Position numbers and translations under genes: made by a program
Shown here: piece after piece, positions 19,386-27,330 of the stretch
How the letters are laid out: each line of letters begins with the position of its first letter
Numbering within the stretch: the stretch's first letter is position 1
The notes under the pieces: generated by a model
What the model was told of the DNA's origin: nothing
Seen by the model: only the letters and a program-made list of their open reading frames with translations
Database searches by the model: none
Source of the DNA: an uncultured archaeon
GTDB taxonomy: Archaea > Asgardarchaeota > Thorarchaeia > Thorarchaeales > Thorarchaeaceae
Direction: 5' to 3'
DNA length: 33,365 nt
NCBI GenBank assembly: GCA_964473825.1
Contig: CAYYQL010000027.1
Span: 1-33,365 of the forward strand

Positions 19386-20477
19386 ATGAGTGACACCGTC
19401 AATTTTGCCATTGTTGGCTGCGGGAGGATATCTCAACTTCACGCGAAGGCATACAATAAGAGCAGACAGGCAAATCTCCTAGCTGTCTGTGATATCGATG
19501 AAGACAAAGCAGCTGCGAAGGCTGAGGAGTGGGGAGTAGACTCTGGGATGGTCTTCACCGACTATGATAAGTTGCTTCAGCTCGAGGAGCTAGATGCTGT
19601 CGATCTCCTCTTACCCCATGACTTGCACGAAAAAATGACCCAACTGGCGGCCAGAGCGAACAAGCATGTGTCTGTCCAGAAACCGATGGCAATGAATCTA
19701 GACGATTGCCAGAAGATGATTGACGTCTGTCAGGAGAATGAAGTAAAGCTTCGAGTGCTTGAAAACTTCCGTTTCTACCCGCCCTACATCAAAGCAAAGG
19801 AATTGATTGATTCGGGGGTCATCGGTCGACCTTCCTTCATCCACATCAAGCTGGGCACGAGCCTCGGAGGAGGCTGGGAGGTCCCCCTAGATGCCTGGAT
19901 GTGGCGTTTCGACTCAGACCGATGTGGTGGGGGACCCATTGTCTGGGACGATGGTTATCATAAATTCTCCATTGCCGAGTATCTACTTGGTGAGGTTTCA
20001 ACGGTCAAGGCGTGGATTGATAAGACAGGGGTGTTCGATGACGATGACGAGCCTCCAGTGATTATCGATAGTCCAGCAGCTGTGATGTGGAAGTACAAAT
20101 CACCTAGGACCTATGGAACAATGGATGTCACCTACAGCCGTGAGGGCGAGTTCCATTCGGACTACTACGCGGCGGACGAACGGATTGAGATAACCGGCGA
20201 CAAGGGCTACATCTGGATCAACCAGTGTACGGCCAAAGCACTGAGAGATGAGGCGTCTGTTGTAACGTACATTGAAGGCGAGCTGAAGGAGTATCGAAAT
20301 ATCGAGTCCGATTGGCAAGCCTCGTTTGATAGAGGAATCGAGCAATTCGCAGAGAGTATATTGCATGGAACTGAACCGGTGCTCACGGGGGAAAAGGCCA
20401 AATACATCCAGAGATTTGCGACAGCAGTACATGTTTCGGCAGAGCGAGGTTCTGAGGTGACCTTGGAGGAACTGTGA
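19386..20477 (+). CDS. Gfo/Idh/MocA family NAD(P)-dependent oxidoreductase (sugar/inositol dehydrogenase-like)
   Basis: GCGRIS Rossmann motif, PHDLH, KHVSVQKPMA, NFRF, GGG...DDGYH. Alternative GTG start at 19374. Confidence 0.92.
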   Translation: MSDTVNFAIVGCGRISQLHAKAYNKSRQANLLAVCDIDEDKAAAKAEEWGVDSGMVFTDYDKLLQLEELDAVDLLLPHDLHEKMTQLAARANKHVSVQKPMAMNLDDCQKMIDVCQENEVKLRVLENFRFYPPYIKAKELIDSGVIGRPSFIHIKLGTSLGGGWEVPLDAWMWRFDSDRCGGGPIVWDDGYHKFSIAEYLLGEVSTVKAWIDKTGVFDDDDEPPVIIDSPAAVMWKYKSPRTYGTMDVTYSREGEFHSDYYAADERIEITGDKGYIWINQCTAKALRDEASVVTYIEGELKEYRNIESDWQASFDRGIEQFAESILHGTEPVLTGEKAKYIQRFATAVHVSAERGSEVTLEEL

Positions 20478-20484
20478 ACTAGGT

Positions 20485-21588
20485 TTACCTGCCGTGTCGT
20501 TTCAGCCGAATCACAGTCTGAGCGAGCCAGTCGCTGATATGCGAGAAGAACTGGTGATAGCTCTCGCATAGCTGAGTTCTCTTCCCGTCAATCCGGTCCT
20601 TTGGGCAACCTCCATGGCAGAGACCGAGCCACTCACATGACAGACAATTGGTGGAATAGTCTGTTTTCATCTGTTCAAAAGAATGCCTTCTCTCGAGCAG
20701 CACTCTCCAAGACTCCTCATTGATGTTACCCAGTCGTTGTGCTCTATCCACGAAGAAATCACAGGGGAAGACATCTCCGTTGTGTTCGACTACAAGATAC
20801 CTGCCACACGAAGACGAGAGGCTGCACAGAGAACCAGTCCTCCAATCAAGGGCATTCTCAATCACGGCCTCGAACAGACGCACTACAACCCTACCTACGT
20901 CACTTCGATTCTTCCACATGTCGAATAGGGTACATAAGAAGTCGCCGTATTGCTCCGACGCGACCGAATGCTCGAGCAATCCATTACCGTCCTTTCTCCG
21001 ATCAACAGCAGGGATGAACTGCAAATTTGTGAAGCCATTCATCCGCAGGAAAGAGTAGACCTCGTGGGCATGATCTGCATTTCCACGGTGAACAACGGTG
21101 AGTGTGTTCAAGGCCACATTGTGTTCTCGAAGCAGCTCAGCCGCGTGCATTGCCTGACTCCACGTTCCACCCCCGCGTGCCGCATCATGGAGAGCCTCAG
21201 GGCCATCAATGCTCAGGCCAACCAAGAACTTGTTGCGTGATAGGAATTCGGCCCAGCTCTCGTCGATGAGGGATCCATTGGTCTGGAGAGCATTTCCAAC
21301 CACCTGCCCACTCTGGCCGTAGGATTGCTGCATGTCCACGACTTTCTCATAGAATCCCAGTCCTGCCAGCGTTGGCTCTCCGCCCTGCCACGTGAAGATG
21401 TTGGATTCAAAACCAAGCGAGAGGTACGACTTTAGAACCGTGGATAGCAGATCCTCCGACATTGTGGGAGTGGCCCCATTCCCGTAGATTCTATCGGGAA
21501 CATCTCTGTAGAAGCAGTAGCTGCAGTTCTGGTTGCACCGACCAGACACTGGTTTGATGAGTAGCTGGAACGGTTCCAGTAGTAGCAC
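20485..21588 (-). CDS. Anaerobic sulfatase-maturating enzyme (radical SAM/SPASM, anSME/AtsB/ChuR-like)
   Basis: IKPVSGRCNQNCSYCFY (CxxxCxxC), WQGGEPTL, NALQTNG, GLSIDG, and SPASM cysteines C..CG...GDVFPCD...CLSC...CHGGC...LC. Directly downstream of a sulfatase. Confidence 0.95.
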   Translation of the reverse strand: MLLLEPFQLLIKPVSGRCNQNCSYCFYRDVPDRIYGNGATPTMSEDLLSTVLKSYLSLGFESNIFTWQGGEPTLAGLGFYEKVVDMQQSYGQSGQVVGNALQTNGSLIDESWAEFLSRNKFLVGLSIDGPEALHDAARGGGTWSQAMHAAELLREHNVALNTLTVVHRGNADHAHEVYSFLRMNGFTNLQFIPAVDRRKDGNGLLEHSVASEQYGDFLCTLFDMWKNRSDVGRVVVRLFEAVIENALDWRTGSLCSLSSSCGRYLVVEHNGDVFPCDFFVDRAQRLGNINEESWRVLLERRHSFEQMKTDYSTNCLSCEWLGLCHGGCPKDRIDGKRTQLCESYHQFFSHISDWLAQTVIRLKRHGR

Positions 21589-21596
21589 ATCCTAAT

Positions 21597-22901
21597 TCAG
21601 TACACTAGGAATCCGGGTCGTTCAGGGGCCTGGATTTTGCCATCAAGCACGGGGTCATTGGTGTCTTCCAGCATCTGGAGCAAAATAAACCTGAGTTCCT
21701 TCTTCTTGTCAGCGTAGCTAGGCTCTTTAGCGAGGTTAGTGTATTCCAAGGGATCTTCAGCAAGGTCGTAGAACTCCTCTGGCGCTCGTTCACTCTTATA
21801 GGTGTCCCTCCCGTAGACCTCCAAGAAGCCTGTTGCAGACTCACTCTCACGAATGTCTTCGGGAATCTCAAACTGGACAGGCAGAGGAGCAAAGTTGCGG
21901 ATGTACTTGAATCGTTTCGTTCTTATTGCTCGGAATGGATTGTAACCGATGTCGTGATGTGAGAGCTCTGCGAAGACTCTCTCGCTTCCGGGGCGCGATT
22001 CCTGATCAGCCTCAAGCATATGAAGCAGGCTTCTGCCAACTATACTCTTTGGAACTGATTGACCCAATAATTGTGCCAGCGTAGGAAATAGATCGACATT
22101 GCTCACAAGCTCGTTGACCACACGGCCCCCTGGGAATCTATCCGGCCAAGCAGCTATCAGTGCCGTCCTAATGCCGGGGTCATAGGCAGTACACTTCACT
22201 CGGGGAAACGCGGGACCATGGTCGATGGTGAAGATGAAGAGCGTGTTCTCCTTCAGACCCGCCTCCTCTAGCGAATGGCGCACTCGCCTCACTGCCGCAT
22301 CGACCTTCTGAACACCCTTGGCGAAGCGGGTATAATCTCGCTTGATTGCAGGGTGTCCCGGCAAATAGTCTGGGAGACTGACAAGCGTGTCTTCCTCATC
22401 GAGATGAGCGAAGGGTCTGTGACCTTCAAATACGCCTATGGATGCAAAGAAGGGTCTCTTCTGGTTGGACATATTCTCGAAGAACTCCTCTGCTTTCGGA
22501 ATGACAAAGTCACTGAGATAGGGGAAGTCCATCCTGTCGCTGACATGGTCATAACCGAGCGCTCTCGCATCCTGGTGCTCGTGTTGGAGACCTATAAGGT
22601 GGGTTGAGTAGCCTGCCTTCTTCGCAAGATCAGGGAGAGTGATGTTCTTTTCGGGCAGGTTCCAGCCGTAGTTCACCAAACCCATCAGACCATGCTGATG
22701 CGGTAGCAACCCCGTGAGTATGCTTCCGCGGGATGGACTGCATTGTGGAGCAGTGCAAAAGCTGTTGGAGAACCGTACCCCTTCCTCTGCTAGAGCATCA
22801 ACAGATGGCGTCTCGATGGGTGATCCATAGCAGCTGTACTCGGCACCGGTATCATGGTTTGTGAAGATGACAATGTTCGGTCTATCCGCATCCTCTACCA
22901 T
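21597..22901 (-). CDS. Cys-type formylglycine-dependent sulfatase, no signal peptide evident
   Basis: RPNIV, TPSVDALA.EG, CSPSRGSILTG (CxPxR), GYST, H.PF, DHGPAFPRVK..YDPG, EEFYDL..DP.E..NLA. Confidence 0.95.
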   Translation of the reverse strand: MVEDADRPNIVIFTNHDTGAEYSCYGSPIETPSVDALAEEGVRFSNSFCTAPQCSPSRGSILTGLLPHQHGLMGLVNYGWNLPEKNITLPDLAKKAGYSTHLIGLQHEHQDARALGYDHVSDRMDFPYLSDFVIPKAEEFFENMSNQKRPFFASIGVFEGHRPFAHLDEEDTLVSLPDYLPGHPAIKRDYTRFAKGVQKVDAAVRRVRHSLEEAGLKENTLFIFTIDHGPAFPRVKCTAYDPGIRTALIAAWPDRFPGGRVVNELVSNVDLFPTLAQLLGQSVPKSIVGRSLLHMLEADQESRPGSERVFAELSHHDIGYNPFRAIRTKRFKYIRNFAPLPVQFEIPEDIRESESATGFLEVYGRDTYKSERAPEEFYDLAEDPLEYTNLAKEPSYADKKKELRFILLQMLEDTNDPVLDGKIQAPERPGFLVY

Positions 22902-23005
22902 TTTGATTCAATCCTCAAATGGTCATGGTCTAACTGCAGCAAATTGTGTCCTCCAGCTTAATATGTGGTTCTCAAGGGGTAGAATAGATCTCACCCGTAA
23001 CATGA

Positions 23006-23051
23006 TGTACATCATAGTACAGAGTTGTACATCTATGAACGGATTTGCACA
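23006..23051. promoter_or_regulatory. Array of five TGTACA-like boxes with exact 10-bp period (candidate TrpY-type TRP-box operator)
   Basis: TGTACA(23006)-N4-AGTACA(23016)-N4-TGTACA(23026)-N4-TGAACG(23036)-N4-TGCACA(23046), immediately upstream of the TATA box of trpB2. Confidence 0.65.
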
Positions 23052-23054
23052 AGC

Positions 23055-23062
23055 TTTTTATA
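23055..23062 (+). promoter_or_regulatory. TATA box (TTTTTATA) of the trpB2 leader transcript
   Basis: Matches the archaeal TTTAWA-type consensus. Predicts a start site near 23085, about 20 nt before the leader ORF. Confidence 0.55.
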
Positions 23063-23106
23063 CTGGAATCTAACGCGAGGACTCATTCCCATAGAGTGTG
23101 GCTAGA

Positions 23107-23160
23107 ATGGCGAGCGTGTATGCTTACCAATGGCATTGGGGTCCGAGAGGGCCCGTTTAG
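23107..23160 (+). CDS. Putative Trp-containing leader peptide MASVYAYQWHWGPRGPV (TrpL-like)
   Basis: ATG GCG AGC GTG TAT GCT TAC CAA TGG CAT TGG GGT CCG AGA GGG CCC GTT TAG. Lies between the TATA box and trpB2. Not in the ORF track (too short). In-frame GTG at 23098 is an alternative start. Confidence 0.55.
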   Translation: MASVYAYQWHWGPRGPV

Positions 23161-23325
23161 CTTGTTCTCCATATGTGGGTGAAACCAACACTTTCTTTTC
23201 AGATAGGACCGCCACAGAGCCTACCTCTGGTGTGGTTTCTGGAAACTCCTTTGGTTTGTCAACCTGCAGCCGTTCAAACGCCGTACTCTATCGGAACTCC
23301 ATGATAAGAAGGATGTAACAACACA

Positions 23326-24645
23326 ATGAAACCAGACAAAAACAGGATTCTGTTAGACATAGAAGAAACACCGAAGCAGTACATCAACATCGTGCCGTAC
23401 CTCAAGAGTGACTTGCCACCCCCTTTGCATCCACAGACAGGTGAAATTCTTGGACCTGAGGCACTCTATCCAATCTTTGCAAGAGAATGTGTGAATCAAG
23501 AGGTCTCCAGAGAGAAGAGGATTCGTATTCCAGACGAGATCAGAGAGGCCCTGATGCGTTTCGGTCGACCAACACCTCTCAATAGAGCCCGACGGCTGGA
23601 GGAGATACTGAAGACCCCGGCGAAGATCTTCTACAAGCGAGAAGACGTTTCGCCCACAGGCAGTCACAAACTGAACACAGCTATTGCACAGGCATACTAC
23701 GCACGTCAGGAAGGCGTCGAGAGATATACCACTGAAACGGGCGCTGGTCAGTGGGGTACAGCAGTTGCACTAGCCTGCTCAGAATTTGACATGGAATCCA
23801 TGATCTACATGGTACGAATCAGTTACGACCAGAAGAAACACCGTGGTACCCTTATGAACACATATGGCGCGAGAATAGTCCCGAGTCCGTCCGAAGAGAC
23901 CGAATTTGGTAGACGGCTCTTGAAGGAGTCACCAGACCATCCTGGTACCCTGGGCATTGCAATCAGCGAGGCGCTTGAGGACGCAATGGGTCGGGAGGAC
24001 ACGAAGTACACACTCGGATCGGTGCTGAATCACGTTTTGCTCCATCAGACTGTGATAGGTCAGGAGACTATGCTGCAGCTAGAGGCCGCAGAGGTTGAAC
24101 CAGACTTTCTGGTCGGTTGCTGCGGTGGTGGTTCGAACTTCGGGGGTATGGTCTATCCGTTCATTGCCGAAGGGAACTATCAAGACACGAGGTACATCGC
24201 TGTCGAGCCCCGAGCCTGTCCAACGCTCACGAAAGGAGTGTACGACTATGACTTCGGCGACACAGCCGGAATGACCCCTAGGCTCAAGATGTATTCTCTC
24301 GGTGCTGACTTCACTCCACCTAAGATCCACGCTGGAGGTCTTCGCTATCATGGAATGGCACCGACAATGAGCGCGTTGGTGCATGACGGAGTTGTCGAGC
24401 CGTTAGCATATGGTCAAGTGGAAGTGCTCGAGGCTGGCATTCAGTTTGCAAGAGCTGAAGGTATCATTCCCGCGCCTGAGTCTGCCCACGCTATCAAGGC
24501 AAGCATCGACTTGGCTCTGGAAGCCAAAAAGAACGGAGAGGAGCGCGTGATTGTCTTCAATCTTTCGGGACACGGTCACTTTGACATGAAGGCCTACGAG
24601 ATGTTCATGAAAGGCGAGCTAGAATCAGACGAGATAGTCACGTGA
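23326..24645 (+). CDS. trpB2: Tryptophan synthase beta chain type 2 (TrpB2)
   Basis: PPLHP N-terminal extension, RPTPL.RA, TGSHKLN (PLP Lys), TETGAGQWG, LGIAISEA, GGGSN, IHAGGLRYHG, PAPESAHA, NLSGHG. Confidence 0.96.
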   Translation: MKPDKNRILLDIEETPKQYINIVPYLKSDLPPPLHPQTGEILGPEALYPIFARECVNQEVSREKRIRIPDEIREALMRFGRPTPLNRARRLEEILKTPAKIFYKREDVSPTGSHKLNTAIAQAYYARQEGVERYTTETGAGQWGTAVALACSEFDMESMIYMVRISYDQKKHRGTLMNTYGARIVPSPSEETEFGRRLLKESPDHPGTLGIAISEALEDAMGREDTKYTLGSVLNHVLLHQTVIGQETMLQLEAAEVEPDFLVGCCGGGSNFGGMVYPFIAEGNYQDTRYIAVEPRACPTLTKGVYDYDFGDTAGMTPRLKMYSLGADFTPPKIHAGGLRYHGMAPTMSALVHDGVVEPLAYGQVEVLEAGIQFARAEGIIPAPESAHAIKASIDLALEAKKNGEERVIVFNLSGHGHFDMKAYEMFMKGELESDEIVT

Positions 24646-24722
24646 GCGTCTATAGCAAGACCCTGTTACGGTTCAGGCCACCATGTATCACGTACTCATT
24701 CCAGACTATCGCTCAGCTACAC

Positions 24723-24775
24723 AATGGAGTGGGATAGCCCTCCTACTTGGGGTGTCCCCCTCCCATTCCTTTTTT
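24723..24775 (+). terminator. Long imperfect hairpin followed by a T-tract, candidate terminator after trpB2
   Basis: AATGGAG.GGGATA.CCC pairs with GGG.TGTCCC.CTCCCATT and is followed by CCTTTTTT, ~80-130 nt after the trpB2 stop. Confidence 0.55.
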
Positions 24776-25039
24776 GGACACTCAATGTACAGAATCGAGC
24801 AGTAATGCTTATATCCCGGCATTTCTGGTTCAGGTCTGGTGAAACAGTAAATGAGGTCTTGCCTTCATACGTGGCGATTGTGTTCATCTGCTATAGTGCC
24901 ACGGCGCTAGTCAGCAGTCAGAGCCTCCTAGATGTTTCTCCGTTTCCCGTCTTCTATGCGGTCATCCACCTGAATTTTGTTCAGTTGATAAAGGGAAAAG
25001 CCCTCTCTATACGGCTACCAGCAGAAGACTCTGTTTTAG

Positions 25040-26032
25040 GTGATTTCTTTGAATAAGACAAGATTAGTAATTCCGAATGGGCACTTGATGGACGACACTC
25101 TTCGAACCTTGCAAAGAGCAGGATACAGAATAACTGGCGAGACCAGAACCTACAAACCGAACATCAACGACGATCATATAGAAGTCAGAGTCTTGCGCCC
25201 GCAGGAGATTCCCATCTATGTGGCTGATGGGCTTCAAGATGTGGGCATAACAGGAAGCGACTGGATACGAGAGACTGGAGCGGATGTTAAGCAGCTGTTA
25301 GATCTCGGTTATGCCAAGGTACGAATTGTCCTGGCTGTTCCCAAGAGTATGATTCAGCTGGAGTCCCTAGGGGACTTGGTACTTAGCTTCGCAGAAGGAA
25401 ACAAGACACTTCGTATCGCAACGGAATACCTTGGGCTTGCCAAGGAGTCGCTAATGGGCCTGCCGGAATATCGAGAGCTCTACGGCGACTCGGAACCACT
25501 CGTCGTCACGCCATGGTGGAAGACAGGAACAAACCAGAATGTCGCGATCTATCTCTCCTTTGGTGCAACTGAAGCAAAGCCTCCGATTGGCGCTGATGCG
25601 ATAATCGAGGTTGTAGATACTGGGACGTCTCTCAGGCAAAATGGACTGGAGGTCATAGAAGAGCTCTATCAGTCAAGCGCTGTACTCATCTGTAACAGAG
25701 ATGCAATCAATAAGCCTGAGAAGAGAGAGAAGATTCTGGATATTGCTACGCTTCTTAACGGAGTGGTTGAGGCTCGAAAGCGGCTGCACATCTTCGTCAA
25801 CGTAAAGAAGGATAACCTGAATACGCTGCTTCGACTACTACCGGCTCTCAAAGAACCGACGGTATCCCCTCTCGCTAATAGCGACTGGGTAGCTGTAAAC
25901 ACCGTTATCAATCGCGAGGAATACTTGAGGTGCATTCCTTCTCTCCGTAGAATCTCTCAGGGATTGGTAGTGTACGAACCTCTACAGGTTCTACCTCTTG
26001 CAAGTGAATTGCCAAAGGAGGGGTCTTCCTAA
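25040..26032 (+). CDS. hisG: ATP phosphoribosyltransferase, long form
   Basis: LRPQEIP.YV..G..DVGITGSDW, SFGATEAKP, ADAIIEVVDTG.SLRQNGL, C-terminal regulatory domain LPALKEPTVSPL. Confidence 0.95.
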   Translation: MISLNKTRLVIPNGHLMDDTLRTLQRAGYRITGETRTYKPNINDDHIEVRVLRPQEIPIYVADGLQDVGITGSDWIRETGADVKQLLDLGYAKVRIVLAVPKSMIQLESLGDLVLSFAEGNKTLRIATEYLGLAKESLMGLPEYRELYGDSEPLVVTPWWKTGTNQNVAIYLSFGATEAKPPIGADAIIEVVDTGTSLRQNGLEVIEELYQSSAVLICNRDAINKPEKREKILDIATLLNGVVEARKRLHIFVNVKKDNLNTLLRLLPALKEPTVSPLANSDWVAVNTVINREEYLRCIPSLRRISQGLVVYEPLQVLPLASELPKEGSS

Positions 26033-26034
26033 CC

Positions 26035-27330
26035 ATGAAGGAAGCCAACTCAATAATAACCATCACCACGGATGCTGAGGAAATCCTTGAGCGACGAAAG
26101 AGAGCATCCATAATCCCCGCGGTCTTGGAACAGTCCGTCCTTGAAATCTTGGAGCGTGTGATAACAGATGGAGATGAGGCATTGGTCGAATACACACGTA
26201 CATGGGATGGAGTTGACATATCTGACAGAATACGAGTCAGAAACGACGAGATTGAGGAAGCCTACAATCTTGTGGACGAGAGGGAGGTAGCCGCCATCGA
26301 GCTATCCCGATCAAGGCTCGAAAGACACTGCAAGCGTCAGTTGGCAGGATTGAGCTTCAAAATTGAGAATGATGGTGTCTATATCGAGAGTCGCATCGCT
26401 CCACTAGGCAGGGTTGGCTGCTATGTACCCGGCGGGAAGGCCCCGTATGTCAGTTCTGTAATCATGAGTGTGGTTCCGGCTGTGGTAGCGGGCGTGGGGG
26501 AGATCGCTGTCTGTACCCCACCTGGCCCATCGGGAGAAATCAACCCGCTCATCTTGGTCGCGGCCGATATCTGCGGCACGAGAGAGATCTATCGTATCGG
26601 GGGAGCACAAGCCATTGCGGCACTAGCCTATGGTACAGAAACCGTGCGAGTTGTCAACAAGATTGTCGGACCTGGCAACAAGTTCGTTACTGCGGCTAAG
26701 AGACTGACCTGTAAAGATGTCCCAATCGATATGCCTGCTGGACCAAGTGAGCTGGTTGTTCTGGCTGATGAGACCGCAGACCCACGATATGTAGCGCTCG
26801 ACTTGATCTCACAGGCTGAACATGATGAAGATGCAGTAGCAATCCTCGCCACAGACTGCTTCGAACTGGCGATGAGCGTACAGAAGCATATTGAAACCGA
26901 GGTCATGAACCAGCCGCGAAGGGCAACAATAGATTCTTCGCTGCGCAAGAACGGCGCAATCCTTCTCTGCAACGAGATGGAGGATTGCATTTCCTCTGTG
27001 AATGAACTGGCTCCTGAGCATGTTGAAGTGGTTACCGCCACTCCACGAGAGCACGCGCAACGAATCACAGAAGCAGGAATGGTTCTTGTAGGGAACTACA
27101 CTCCTGTTGCTGCGAGCGACTACTGTTTGGGCGTGAATCACATCCTTCCTACTGGGGGCTTCAGTAAATTCTACTCAGGTGTGTCTGTGCTGGACTTCAC
27201 AAGGAGATACTCCCTGGTTGAGTGTTCTCTTGACGGATTGAAAGCAGCCGCTCCAAGCATCCAGGTGCTAGCACAAATAGAAGGACTGGAAGGCCACGGA
27301 TTAGCTGTGAAGAGGAGGTTGTCACCATGA
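26035..27330 (+). CDS. hisD: Histidinol dehydrogenase
   Basis: GCYVPGG, GGAQAIAALAYGT, KIVGPGN, IDMPAGPSE, SQAEHD, APEH, DY..G.NHILPT. Confidence 0.97.
   Translation: MKEANSIITITTDAEEILERRKRASIIPAVLEQSVLEILERVITDGDEALVEYTRTWDGVDISDRIRVRNDEIEEAYNLVDEREVAAIELSRSRLERHCKRQLAGLSFKIENDGVYIESRIAPLGRVGCYVPGGKAPYVSSVIMSVVPAVVAGVGEIAVCTPPGPSGEINPLILVAADICGTREIYRIGGAQAIAALAYGTETVRVVNKIVGPGNKFVTAAKRLTCKDVPIDMPAGPSELVVLADETADPRYVALDLISQAEHDEDAVAILATDCFELAMSVQKHIETEVMNQPRRATIDSSLRKNGAILLCNEMEDCISSVNELAPEHVEVVTATPREHAQRITEAGMVLVGNYTPVAASDYCLGVNHILPTGGFSKFYSGVSVLDFTRRYSLVECSLDGLKAAAPSIQVLAQIEGLEGHGLAVKRRLSP

Noticed and set aside
23130-23318. 62-aa ORF in the trpB2 leader
   Set aside because: No recognisable motif, Ser-rich non-coding-like composition, and it overlaps the better-supported Trp leader ORF out of frame
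24724-25056. 110-aa hydrophobic ORF upstream of hisG
   Set aside because: It runs through a terminator-like hairpin/T-tract and a putative promoter and has no family motif; probably spurious
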